Assembly (NCBI GenBank): GCA_963707985.1
Contig: CAVPRW010000020.1
Location: forward strand, 69,199 to 133,198
DNA from: an uncultured Nitrospinota bacterium
GTDB lineage: Bacteria; Tectomicrobia; Entotheonellia; J063; CAVPRW01
DNA: 64,000 nt
Direction of reading: 5' to 3'
Under the pieces are notes generated by a model. It had not been told where the DNA came from. It made no database searches and worked only from the letters and a program-made list of their open reading frames with translations. The translations under genes and the position numbers were made by a program. Shown here one piece after another: positions 46,461 to 56,768 of this stretch; the first letter of the stretch is position 1; each line of letters opens with the position of its first letter.

Positions 46461-48249
46461 ATGACTACAAGTCGAGACGAACGCACGACCGACAGCGTCG
46501 GTCCGGGGGCGTGGGGGACGGGGATCGGCCCCATGCCGACCAGCTGGGACCTGGAAGCGGATGTCGTGGTGATTGGCGCGGGCGCCACCGGACTGCCCGC
46601 GGCCATTCGGGCCGCGGATGCGGGGGCATCGGTGCTCGTGGTCGAAGCCAACTATGATATTGGCGGCCATGCGATCTTGAGCGGCGGCAACGTGCCGCTG
46701 GGCGGCGGCACGAGTGCGCAGAAAAAATATGGCATCGACGATTCACCGGACCTGGTCTTTCGCGATCTGACCGACTGGACCATCGTCCAACCCAACGGCT
46801 GGCCGGATTACCGCTACAATGACCGGGCCATCATGCGCGCCTTTGCCGATCATTGCGCCGGGGCCTATGAATTTCTCGTCGCCAATGGCGTCGAATTTCG
46901 CGACGTCCCGCCGGACAATGTCGGCGCCCATAGCACGGGCAACTCGGCACCACGCGAGAATCATGCCTTCTGGACCGACGGCGCCGGGCTCGGCAGTCCC
47001 AGCGGCCGCGGTGGCGCGGGGTTGGTGCGGCCCCTGGAGGCCAGCGCCCGGGCCAAGGGAGTGAAATTTCTCCTGCACTACAAGATGACGCGCCTGGTCC
47101 GGACGGCCTCCGCGGAGGGCCACCCCGGCCGCGTGGTCGGCCTCACGGCTACGTATACGCCACGCATCCTGCCCGGCGCGACGACGCCGCTCCAGAGCTA
47201 TCGTGCCAATGGCAACCTCGACCTGACCCAGCCGCGCGTCGCCATCCGCGCCACCAAAGCCGTCATCCTCGCCACCGGGGGGAGCACCAGCAATGTCCAC
47301 TTCCGGCGCATGTTCGATCCGCGCTTGACCGAGGTCTACCAGGTCGCCGGCGAACCCTATTCCTTCCAGGACGGCAGTGGCGAGCTGGCCGCCATGGCCA
47401 TCGGCGCCTCGCTCTGGGGGCTCGGCATCCAGATTCTGGAGAATGGCGACAGCATCCGCACGCAGCGTCCCCTTGGGTCGCGCTACAACTATTTCGCCTG
47501 GGATGTCAACTGTCCCATCTTCCCGCTGGTGCGGGCCACCGGCCTCGAGGTCAAGGACTGGCAAAACCTCATCCTCGTCAACCAGCTAGGCCAGCGCTTT
47601 TACGACGAGACCAAAGGCGATTACCCCAACGGCAATCATGGCCAACGACATCACCCCCTACACGCCGCATGATTATCGCAACAATGCCCGCATCACCTAT
47701 GACCCCACGCAATATAATTATTTCAATGCCGCCGTGGCGATGAATGCGGCCTCGACGCCACCCGACTATGCGGCGGGGCCGATCTGGGCCATCTTCGATG
47801 CCGACGCCGTGTCCCGGGAGGGCTGGCAGGTCACCCCGCCTTACGTCGATCCGGACGGCTATTGCTTCCAGGCCAACACCCTCGTGGAGCTGGCCGCCGC
47901 CATCACCAATCCATATCAGACCACCGCGATGGACGGCGCCACCCTGCAGGCGACGGTGGCGCGCTACAACACCTTCGTCGACGCCGCGATCGATGCGGAT
48001 TTCGGCAAGCCCACGCCGCAGTACAAGATCCAGACGCCGCCGTTCTATGCCGCCTGGGCCACACCGCTGGTGCATGACACGCGTACGGGCTTACGGATCA
48101 ACGACAAGTGCCAGGTGCTGGATATGCAGGGCCAGGTGATTCCCGGCCTCTACTGCGGGGGGGAATCGGCGGGGGGATTCAACCAACATGGGCTGGGTCG
48201 CTGCACGGCCCAGGGCTACATCGCCGGTACCTATGCCGCCGAGGTTTAG
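46461..48249 (+). CDS. FAD-dependent oxidoreductase, fumarate reductase/KstD-like (frameshift ~47636)
   Basis: DVVVIGAGATG, VILATGG, VNQLGQRFYDE, D.DFGKP, HDT..GLRIN, IPGLYCGGE. Confidence 0.88.
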
Positions 48250-49346
48250 CCTACGGAGTCAATGGTGGCGGGGTTTGGTCCATAGGGGTCAGTGCTCAAC
48301 CATACGCCCCACTCCGCCTCACCGGCAGCTGGGAACGGGGGCAGGACGCCTTGAGCGATCAGTCGATCGGTGGCTTCATAGTAGGAATTGTGCCAGAGCA
48401 TACAGAGGATTGCCGGTTGTGGACAGCGGGCAAACGAGCACTGCTCCAACAGCCGCTCCAGCAGAGAGTCTTTGTGCAGCCAGGCCACGACCTGGCGGGC
48501 AAGACCACCGCACACGGGCGCAATCTGCGCTATGGCCGGCGGACCAAATACTGGAACACGGACCTGTGGCGGCTCGTCAGGGGTAATGACTCGGACACTG
48601 CGCTGCTCGTCCAGCCAACGCTGGAGCGTCGCAGCTTCAATTCTCCACTGCTGGGCAAGGGTCGGGAGGCTTGTCTGATCGGTCACCAGTTTCGCCAACA
48701 GGTCCACGGCGGACACGCCGCCTATCTGCGCATAGAGTTGGCGAGCGTCCTTCAACCTTGGACGATCGACGATGCGGGAGATGATGACACAGAGCCCATA
48801 GCCCGCCGTCCCGCGTGTGGCACGGATGCCGGTAATGGCGGTCGGTCCTGCCCCCAATTCCTCGCCCCACAGGAAATAGCGCCCGGTGTCGCCATGCGCC
48901 GGGGGGCGGCCCATGGGGCCGGCCAGCAAGCGCCGCAGCACCCACATGTTGATAGTCCAAAGAATGAGGATGGTCAGGATGTGCTCGGCGGTATTCCAGG
49001 GATTGCTGTGCTGCTCGGCCAGGCGTTGAAAGGCAGGGAGCGCATCGCCGACCATGGCGGCGGTGTATGAAGCCAGCTCATCCAACCAGGGACGCAGGAG
49101 CTCCCGGTCGAATTGGGTCAGGACCGGAATCATCGGCGTCAGGCGGTCGCCGTCGGCCCGTGCAAAGTCGCACTCCACCCAGGATTGGCAGACCTCCAAC
49201 ATCGGTGGGGGGAGTGCTTCCCAGCGCATGCCATGGGGGTAGAGTCGCGTGTAAAACTCTCGTACTTCGCCGGCCGGCAGCATGCGACGCCAGTCACCAA
49301 AGCCGGTGGTAAAGAATTGTACGGGGTTGTTGATCACTGGTGTCAT
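48246..49346 (-). CDS. Hypothetical protein
   Basis: 366-aa ORF filling the intergenic gap; no recognisable motif. Confidence 0.6.
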   Translation of the reverse strand: MTPVINNPVQFFTTGFGDWRRMLPAGEVREFYTRLYPHGMRWEALPPPMLEVCQSWVECDFARADGDRLTPMIPVLTQFDRELLRPWLDELASYTAAMVGDALPAFQRLAEQHSNPWNTAEHILTILILWTINMWVLRRLLAGPMGRPPAHGDTGRYFLWGEELGAGPTAITGIRATRGTAGYGLCVIISRIVDRPRLKDARQLYAQIGGVSAVDLLAKLVTDQTSLPTLAQQWRIEAATLQRWLDEQRSVRVITPDEPPQVRVPVFGPPAIAQIAPVCGGLARQVVAWLHKDSLLERLLEQCSFARCPQPAILCMLWHNSYYEATDRLIAQGVLPPFPAAGEAEWGVWLSTDPYGPNPATIDSVG

Positions 49347-49347
49347 T

Positions 49348-49380
49348 CCCTCACCCTAACCCTCTCCCGGAGGGAGAGGG
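49348..49380. repeat. REP-like palindrome
   Basis: CCCTCACCCTAACCCTCTCCCGGAGGGAGAGGG. Confidence 0.75.
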
Positions 49381-49412
49381 AACCATGGGCGGCGGGGAAG
49401 GGCAGGTGAGCA

Positions 49413-50183
49413 TCAAATGCCCATCACCGAAAAGCCACCGTCGACGGGGATGGCTTGGCCCGTGATGAAATCCGAGGCCTGGCTGGCCAGGAAGATGGCG
49501 ATGCCGCGCATATCATCAGGGTGACCCCAGCGACCAGCTGGCGTGCGCTGCAGAATAGTCGAACCCATTTCAGGGTGTTCGTATACCGGCCTGGTCAGCT
49601 CCGTCTTGAGCCAGCCCGGCACGATGCAGTTGACCTGAATGTTATGTTTAGCCCAGGCCACCGCCAGGCTCTTGGTGAGCTGGACGATGCCCCCCTTACT
49701 GGCGGGATAGGCAGAGCGCACGGTACTTCCGAAGATCGAGAACATCGAGCCGTTGGTGATGATCTTCCCCCCTCCACGCTTGACCAGGTGTGGAAACGCC
49801 ACTTTACAGCACACGAACGTGCCCTTGAGATTGGTGTCGATGACCAGGTCCCATTCCTCGATCGACAGCTCCTCCGGTGGCTTGCGGACGACGGTGCCGG
49901 AATTGGCCACGAGGATATCGAAGCCGCCGAAGGTGTCCACGGTCGTCCGGATACAGGCTTCGACAAGCTCGGGCTGCAACACATCGAGGTACACACCCAG
50001 GGCCTTCACCCCCAGGGCTTCGAGCTGGTGCACCGCCTGCTGGGTTTTCTCCTGATTACGCGAGGCGACCACGATGTTCGCCCCAGCACTGGCCAATCCC
50101 ATCGCCATGCCCAGACCTAGTCCGCCATTGCCCCCAGTGACAATCGCGACTTTGCCAGTCAAATCGAACAGCTCCAGGTTCAC
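49413..50183 (-). CDS. SDR oxidoreductase (KduD/gluconate dehydrogenase-like)
   Basis: TGGNGGLG, YPASKGG, NIQVNCIVPG, VDGG; GTG start. Confidence 0.92.
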   Translation of the reverse strand: MNLELFDLTGKVAIVTGGNGGLGLGMAMGLASAGANIVVASRNQEKTQQAVHQLEALGVKALGVYLDVLQPELVEACIRTTVDTFGGFDILVANSGTVVRKPPEELSIEEWDLVIDTNLKGTFVCCKVAFPHLVKRGGGKIITNGSMFSIFGSTVRSAYPASKGGIVQLTKSLAVAWAKHNIQVNCIVPGWLKTELTRPVYEHPEMGSTILQRTPAGRWGHPDDMRGIAIFLASQASDFITGQAIPVDGGFSVMGI

Positions 50184-50217
50184 CGATCACCCTCCCCTTC
50201 TAATCCCCTACCTTTGC

Positions 50218-50252
50218 CCCCTCACGCTGGCCCTCTCCCAGCGGGAGAGGTG
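50218..50252. repeat. REP-like palindrome
   Basis: CCCCTCACGCTGGCCCTCTCCCAGCGGGAGAGG. Confidence 0.65.
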
Positions 50253-50491
50253 AACGCCAGGCTTTCTCCGACCCGATTATCCCCTTTTTCCTGGCGCCTA
50301 TGCTCTTCATCAGGGAGGGCAAGGCTAGGGGTATTGCCCAAGGCGCTGCAGGATCATACCAAGGCATCCGACGCCCGTCAACTTGACCGCCTGAGAGGCC
50401 TTTGCTATGATCTGGGCACACGCAGCCTGGTGCCAAGATACTCCCCGCCACAGGTCGCACGGCAGGTGGTCGGGCAGGAAGGAGAGGTCCT

Positions 50492-52858
50492 ATGCATGCC
50501 CCACCAGAGGATGGCATTCACACCATTACCCCCCAAGACCTGGAGATCTTGCAAGCGATCGAGCGGCGGGTGCTGTGGCTGTCCACCTATATGATCCACC
50601 ATGCCAATAAGATCCGTCCCAACCCGGACGGACTGAAAGTCGGTGGCCACCAGGCCAGTTGCTCCTCGGTGGCGAGCCTCGCCACGGCGCTATATTTCCA
50701 CTTCTTGCGCCCGCAAGACCACATCGCCTTTAAACCACATGCCTCGCCGGTCTTTCATGCCATCCAATACCTCTTGGGCCGCTTGCCCCTAGAGCAGCTC
50801 CGACAACTCCGTGAATTTGGAGGTCTGCAGGCCTATCCCAGCCGAGTCAAGGATTCGGATGGGGTCACCATGACCACTGGGTCCGTCGGGCTTGGCTCCG
50901 GCGCCACAATTTTTGGTGCTCTGGCACAGCAATACGTTGAGCATCACTTTCAGCGCTCGCCACAGGGTCGCTACATCGCCCTGGTGGGAGATGCCGAGAT
51001 CGACGAGGGGAACGTCACCGAAGCTCTCGGCGAGGCCCGCGTCTATGACTTGGATAATCTGTGGTGGATCATCGATTTCAATCGCCAGAGCCTCGACTTC
51101 ATTGCCCCGGAAGGGCGCGCCATGGAAACGCGCAAGCTGTTCGAAGCTAAGGGCTGGCATGTCATCCTGCTAAAATACGGCTCCACCCAGGAGGCTTTCT
51201 TCAAAAAGCCCCACGGCGACCGCTTGCGCGACTGGATCGACCAATGTCCGAACGTCGAATATCAGAGCCTCTGTCGGGCTGATGGCGCACATATCCGAGA
51301 GGTTATTAGCAATTGGCGCGGCACACGCGATCAAGGTCTGGCCCAGCTACTGGAAGAGATGAGCGATGAGGCGGTGAAGGAGCTGGCGCTGAACTTGGGC
51401 GGACATGATCTGCCTCGTATCCTGGAGGCCTTCGGCACCGCTGAACGCGTCAAAGGCCAGCCGGTTGCCATTCTGGCCTATACGATCAAGGGCTGGGGCC
51501 TGCCGATCGCCGGCCATTTTGAGAATCATGCTGCGCAACTGACCCATGAGCAGATCGAGTCACTGCGACAGAGCCTGGAGATCCCACTGGGTCAGGAGTG
51601 GTCGGATTTCGCCCCTGACAGCCCCGAAGGGCAATGGATTCGCCGCTTTCTGGAGGTGCAGCAAGAGTCGGCCCACGATCTACCGCTGGCATCCCAACCA
51701 GTACCGTCGATTCATGTGCCAGTACAAGTTGGTACCGCCTTCCGGCCGATGATGTCCACACAAGAGGCTCTGGGACGTATTTTGGTCGAGTTTTCGCGAG
51801 TGCCAGGCGTGGCCGAGCGGACCTTGACTCTGTCACCTGACGTTGCCGTGTCCACGAATCTGGGGGGGTGGATCTCGAAGATGGGGGTCTATGCCCCTAC
51901 CGACCGCCCCAACTATTTCGCCATGCACAATATCCAAACGTTGGTCCGCTGGCGGCAATCCACTGCGGGTAACCACATCGAACTGGGCATTGCCGAGAAC
52001 AACTTTTACCTGGCGCTGGCGATGTTTGGGCTGTCGCACGAGTACAACGGCGAGGTCTTGTTCCCGGTGGGAACGATCTACGATCCCTTTGTGGCGCGTG
52101 GCCTGGACGCGCTGATCTATGGTGTCTATTCGGGCGCGAAGTTCATCTTCGCTGGCACCCCCTCAGGCATCACCCTGAGCCGCGAGGGAGGGGCGCACCA
52201 ATCGATCGTGACTCCTCTGGTAGGGATGGGACTGCCAAACCTGATCTACTTCGAGCCGGCCTATGGTTGGGAACTGGAGTGCATTCTCTGTTGGGGCTTC
52301 CAACAGCTTCTCGATCGGCAACACGGTAAAAGTCTCTATGTGCGGCTCTCGACGCGGCGGATCGAGCAGATCCATCTCGAATCCACGCCGGAGCGGCGCC
52401 GCCAGGTGCTCGCTGGCGGGTACTGGATGCGGGATTATCGGGGTGAGCCGGATTATGCCGACAAGACGCGTGTGCACATCTTCGCCACCGGGGTCATGCT
52501 GCCCGAAGCCCTGCACGCCAGCGACGCTGTCCGCGAGGATGAAGTCTACGCTAACGTCATCAACGTTACCAGCCCCGATCTGCTCTTTACGGATTGGCTG
52601 CGAACCAATGGCAACGGCGCGCCATCCTATCTGGATGAATTGATCCCGGCCGCGGAGCGCGGCGTACCGGCCATCAGTGTCATCGATGGCCACCCATTGA
52701 CGTTAGGGTGGCTGGGTGGGGCGCTGGGGTGCCCGCTGATCCCGCTCGGCGTGGTAAACTTTGGCGAATCCGGCAGCATCCAGGCACTGTATCACAAACA
52801 TCACATCGACGTGGAGGCCATCGTCGATGCTATTGCCCGGCTGCTGGTGCAACCATAG
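50492..52858 (+). CDS. AceE-like homodimeric 2-oxoacid dehydrogenase E1 / transketolase-like enzyme
   Basis: KVGGHQASC, GLQAYPS, TGSVGLG, GDAEIDEG..N (TPP motif), ELGIAENN, EGGAHQS. Confidence 0.9.
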   Translation: MHAPPEDGIHTITPQDLEILQAIERRVLWLSTYMIHHANKIRPNPDGLKVGGHQASCSSVASLATALYFHFLRPQDHIAFKPHASPVFHAIQYLLGRLPLEQLRQLREFGGLQAYPSRVKDSDGVTMTTGSVGLGSGATIFGALAQQYVEHHFQRSPQGRYIALVGDAEIDEGNVTEALGEARVYDLDNLWWIIDFNRQSLDFIAPEGRAMETRKLFEAKGWHVILLKYGSTQEAFFKKPHGDRLRDWIDQCPNVEYQSLCRADGAHIREVISNWRGTRDQGLAQLLEEMSDEAVKELALNLGGHDLPRILEAFGTAERVKGQPVAILAYTIKGWGLPIAGHFENHAAQLTHEQIESLRQSLEIPLGQEWSDFAPDSPEGQWIRRFLEVQQESAHDLPLASQPVPSIHVPVQVGTAFRPMMSTQEALGRILVEFSRVPGVAERTLTLSPDVAVSTNLGGWISKMGVYAPTDRPNYFAMHNIQTLVRWRQSTAGNHIELGIAENNFYLALAMFGLSHEYNGEVLFPVGTIYDPFVARGLDALIYGVYSGAKFIFAGTPSGITLSREGGAHQSIVTPLVGMGLPNLIYFEPAYGWELECILCWGFQQLLDRQHGKSLYVRLSTRRIEQIHLESTPERRRQVLAGGYWMRDYRGEPDYADKTRVHIFATGVMLPEALHASDAVREDEVYANVINVTSPDLLFTDWLRTNGNGAPSYLDELIPAAERGVPAISVIDGHPLTLGWLGGALGCPLIPLGVVNFGESGSIQALYHKHHIDVEAIVDAIARLLVQP

Positions 52859-52930
52859 AATTCGGTGCTGGGGCCTGAGCGTGGGACGGTCGCAGAACGC
52901 CGTCCTCAGCGCTGTTTGGGGAGGATCGCC

Positions 52931-53719
52931 ATGCCATACGACGCCTTGATTGTCGAGATTCGCGATCACATCGCCACCCTTACCCTGAACCGTCCCAATG
53001 CCTATAACGCCGTGAATGCCCAAATGGCAGGCGAGTGTCTGGAAGCTATCACACTGGTGGACGAGGACCCAACGGTGCGTTGCGTGGTCATTACCGGTGC
53101 CGGCAGAGCGTTCTCCGCTGGAGGCGATGTCAAGGGCTTCCAGGACCACCTACCGGAGATCGGCATACATCTCAAACAGCTGACGCATCTGCTCCACGGG
53201 GCCGTATCGCGCATCGCCCGCATGCCGAAGCCGGTGATCGCCGCGGTGAACGGCGTGGTGGCTGGGGGTGGCATGGGCTTACTGCTGGCGTGCGACCTCG
53301 CCTATGCCGTCGAGACCGCCACCTTGAGCATGGCGTACACCAGGATTGGTGCAAATCCTGACGGCAGCTCGACCTTCTGGCTGCCGCGTCTGGTGGGCGC
53401 CCGGCGCGCCCTCGAGCTGATCTATACCAATCGCGTCTTGAGCGCGCCGGAGGCGCTGGGGTGGGGTCTCCTCAATGGGGTGATGGCGCCGGAGCGCTTC
53501 ATGGAAGAGGTGTATGCCATAGCACGGCAACTAGCGCAAGGGCCGACGCTGGCCTATGCACGCGCCAAGAAACTGTGTTATGCCAGCCTGAACGAATCTC
53601 TCGAAACCCAGATGGAACACGAGGCGCATGAAATCGCCGCCAGCGGTAAAACCGAGGATTTCCACGAGGGTATCACGGCCTTCATGGAAAAACGCCCGCC
53701 GATATTTCAGGGCAAGTGA
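52931..53719 (+). CDS. Enoyl-CoA hydratase/isomerase (PaaG-like)
   Basis: LNRP..YNA, FSAGGD, PKPVIAAVNG..AGGG, PDGSSTFWLPRLVG. Confidence 0.92.
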   Translation: MPYDALIVEIRDHIATLTLNRPNAYNAVNAQMAGECLEAITLVDEDPTVRCVVITGAGRAFSAGGDVKGFQDHLPEIGIHLKQLTHLLHGAVSRIARMPKPVIAAVNGVVAGGGMGLLLACDLAYAVETATLSMAYTRIGANPDGSSTFWLPRLVGARRALELIYTNRVLSAPEALGWGLLNGVMAPERFMEEVYAIARQLAQGPTLAYARAKKLCYASLNESLETQMEHEAHEIAASGKTEDFHEGITAFMEKRPPIFQGK

Positions 53720-53763
53720 TTGCAGGGTATTCTCGCCCTTCTGCCCGCCGGTTCCCCTCCCCC

Positions 53764-54732
53764 TCAAGCATCTTCCTCAGCACTCTGCTCGCACGTCTGG
53801 AAGCGACTGATGATCTCATTCTTATGGGCCTGGATGTCTTTGCCAATGAAGACCGCCTGCGTGGGGAATTGACGTGCGAGGGCAGGGGCCAAAGGTTGGA
53901 AGTCGAAACGGCCGCACGTAAAGTTGAAGACGTGCGGGAACGCCCCCCGTGTCAGTTGTAGGAGGCCTTTGGCACGATAGACGTTGGCCGGCAGCTTCTG
54001 TAAAAAGCGTTCGAAGGCATACAAGTCCACCGACGTATACGTCTCATAGGAAAAGGCTTGGATGGCATCTTGCCCATGGGCGTGTTGGACGGTATGAACG
54101 CTTTCTGCCCCAGCGCCAGGCTGGAGCCGCGCGCGGTACGCGCTGACGCCAGTGCTGAACAGGAGGTCCGTTGGCACCTGGCCGTATCTGGCCTCCAACA
54201 AGAGAGCACGTCGATTCAGGCGCCGCAGGCGCTTTTCGACCTTTTGACGTTCGCGCTCGGTGACCAGATCGATCTTATTCAGGACCAGGAAGTCCGCGCC
54301 TTTCACTTGCTCGTCCAGGACCTCGTGCTCGGCCGAGAGTGGCAAAAACGTCGCAGCATCTACCATGGTGATCACCGCATCATGAGCCACGCTAGCGGTT
54401 TTGAGGCGATCAACGATGGGGTTGGGATCGGCGAGGCCCGTGGTTTCGATGATCAAGAGGTCCGGTTTCGTCTCCTCGATGATTTGCTGCACAGCAATGG
54501 CGAAACGATAGTCGTCAACGGTGCAGCAGACGCAGCCACTGTTGAACTCCACCATCGATTCCACGCCCTCGAGGCCGGTAATAACTTTACCGTCGATGCC
54601 GATGTCGCCGATTTCGTTCATGATGATGGCAACTCGCTTCTGCTGCAAGCCATGCTGCATAATATATTTGAGAAGCGTGGTCTTGCCGCTCCCCAGGAAG
54701 CCGGTCAGGATATTACCGCTAATTTTTATCAA
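53764..54732 (-). CDS. CobW/COG0523 metallochaperone GTPase
   Basis: TGFLGSGKTT, GCVCC, IETTGLADP, NKID, YRAKG. Confidence 0.92.
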   Translation of the reverse strand: MIKISGNILTGFLGSGKTTLLKYIMQHGLQQKRVAIIMNEIGDIGIDGKVITGLEGVESMVEFNSGCVCCTVDDYRFAIAVQQIIEETKPDLLIIETTGLADPNPIVDRLKTASVAHDAVITMVDAATFLPLSAEHEVLDEQVKGADFLVLNKIDLVTERERQKVEKRLRRLNRRALLLEARYGQVPTDLLFSTGVSAYRARLQPGAGAESVHTVQHAHGQDAIQAFSYETYTSVDLYAFERFLQKLPANVYRAKGLLQLTRGAFPHVFNFTCGRFDFQPLAPALARQFPTQAVFIGKDIQAHKNEIISRFQTCEQSAEEDA

Positions 54733-55273
54733 GGTAATTTTCCTTAACTATTTATTTAATCATTTTTGGACTATTTAACTCACCAGCCCGGAATATAGGG
54801 CAGACCATTCCCTGGTGTCAAGTGCTTCCGGTCGCAGGAGTGTCCGGCACGGACTTGTGAGGCTATTTCTGCTCTGGGACCTTTGCCGCCCAAGGGATCA
54901 CCAGCGTCAGGGCGACAGAGGGCGTTCATGGTGGGGCTCCCCTTTCCAGCCTGGGGAGGTTAGTTCTGTGATCCGACGCCGCTAGGCGTCCAACTCTGTC
55001 AGGAGGGTTTTGGCCTCCGGCAAGAACCCCCATAGCGCGGCACGGAAACATCGGGGTGTTCTGGCTTTTAGCCCTAGTGTATACTCCTCGAGCAGGTATG
55101 GAAACAGATCGCGGGCATCGCCCCGCGCCTAGCGTTCGGGCAGAGACATAAGAACTGATCCTCTGGGGAGCACCTCTTCCCCTGGCAGTGCCTGGCACGT
55201 GCCTGGCCGCCTGGGCGAGGGTGCCCCAGGCGCCGAGCCGGCTTCTGCTGGGGCATGAGAGAAAAGAGCCATC

Positions 55274-56025
55274 ATGAAACGAGTGCTGCTGTTGGGAGGA
55301 ACTGGGGATGCGGCGCAATTGGTGGTGCAAGCCTCGGCGCTCCCAGGCATCGAGGTCATCACGTCATTGGCAGGGCGCCTTCGCCAACCTGTGACACCGG
55401 CCGGTCGGGTGCGCATGGGCGGCTTTGGTGGTACCGAGGGATTGATCCACTACATCCGGGAAGCAACAGATCGATCTGCTGCTTGATGCGACACATCCCT
55501 TTGCGGCTCAAATGTCCCACCATGCCGCCACGCGCAGCACGGGCTTGTGGTGTGCCGCACCTGATGCTGGTACGTCCAGCCTGGGAACCGGTGGCCGGAG
55601 ACCGCTGGCTGTCGGTCGAGAGTCTGGCCGCGGCCGTGGAGATGCTTCCAGCGGTTGCCCAGCGAGTGTTTCTGACGATCGGCAGGCAAGAACTGGCGGC
55701 GTTTGCGTCGCTCCTGCATCTCTGGTTCCTGATGCGGATGATTGATCCCCCCCTGCCTGGGACCCCGGTGCCGCCAGGCACCCTCGTACTGGCACGCGGA
55801 CCCTTTGCACTGGACGATGAACGGCAGTTGCTCCAGACCTATGCGATTGAGGCGATCGTCAGTAAGAATAGTGGCGGCGAGGCGACGTACGCCAAGATCA
55901 TCGCCGCACGCGAGCTCGGATTACCCGTGGTGATGATTCAACGTCGACCATTGCCAGGCGGGGAACAGGTCACGAATGTGCCGCAGGCGATGGCATGGCT
56001 GGTCAGGCATGTGGAGGGTGGCTGA
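55274..56025 (+). CDS. cobK: Precorrin-6A/cobalt-precorrin-6A reductase (frameshifts ~55465-55535)
   Basis: VLLLGGT, SLAGR, RMGGFGG, DATHPFA, RPAW, FLTIGRQ, RGPF, SKNSGG..YAKI.AAR. Confidence 0.9.
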
Positions 56026-56110
56026 GTCGGCCATCCCCCGCGGCACAGGACTGGCCCGGAAGGTGAGTGTGGCGAGCAGGTACGCGGCGGGAACATGCTG
56101 GCATCCGAGG

Positions 56111-56632
56111 CTATGATTTCGTGACGGTCCATTGCGTGACCGGGGCTTTCGCTTGCCACCCTAAAAATTGGCCGATCGGCTCGGCATGTTGGATGGCCAT
56201 GCGGGTGAGCGCTCCCCCCTGTTGACTCTGCCAGTGCAGGAGCACCTGTTCGCTTTCGACGGTGACCGCATTGGCGACGAGTCGGCCACCGGGACGCAAG
56301 GCATGCCAGCAGCTGGCGAGCAGATGCTCCGTGGTCAATCCCCCCCCAATGAACACCGCATCCGGTGTCGGTAAATGCTGTAACCCGGCAGGCGCTTTAC
56401 CGGCAATGATCTTGAGGTCGGGCGTGCCCAACGCCGTGGCATTGTCGGCGATATACTGCAGTCGCGTGGGATGGGCTTCGATGGCGATGGCCCGACAGCG
56501 GGGCGCACTGCGCATCCACTCGATGCCAATCGAGCCACAGCCCGCGCCTACGTCCCACAGCAGTTGTCCAGGCACCGGCGCCAGCGCCGCCAGTGTCACG
56601 GCACGCACCTCGCGCTTCGTAAGCTGTCCATC
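56111..56632 (-). pseudogene. cobL: 3' (CbiT) half of cobL, 5'-truncated at the cassette-array junction
   Basis: Starts abruptly at [50 protein letters not shown]. Confidence 0.85.
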
Positions 56633-56689
56633 GGCCAGGCGTCAGCCGCGCGCGGCTGTTTGCGCGTCGGGTGCATGCTGTTGTTGGGC
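56626..56689 (-). other. attC site of the RT cassette, with right end fused to cobL (R' reads GATGGAC)
   Basis: GCCCAAC AACAG CATGCACC...GCTGACG CCTGGCC GATGGAC; R'' complements GTTGGGC at the cassette start. Confidence 0.75.
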
Positions 56690-56768
56690 AGCACGCTTAT
56701 GATTCTTAGCTGATGCAGCTTCACCTTTACCATAACCGGCCAATTGACACTGTCGATCGCTCGCCCAG

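Noticed and set aside
38216..48249. Programmed frameshifting or mass pseudogenisation of metabolic genes
   Set aside because: Single indels scattered in otherwise intact genes across the window fit long-read consensus error.
54950..55200. Second cobalamin riboswitch upstream of cobW (minus: GGGGAAGAGGTG, GCCCGCGATCTGT, AAGCCAGAACACC)
   Set aside because: The motifs are degenerate and wrongly spaced, with no GCCACTG/GGGAAG box; at most a relic. A Rfam scan would be needed.
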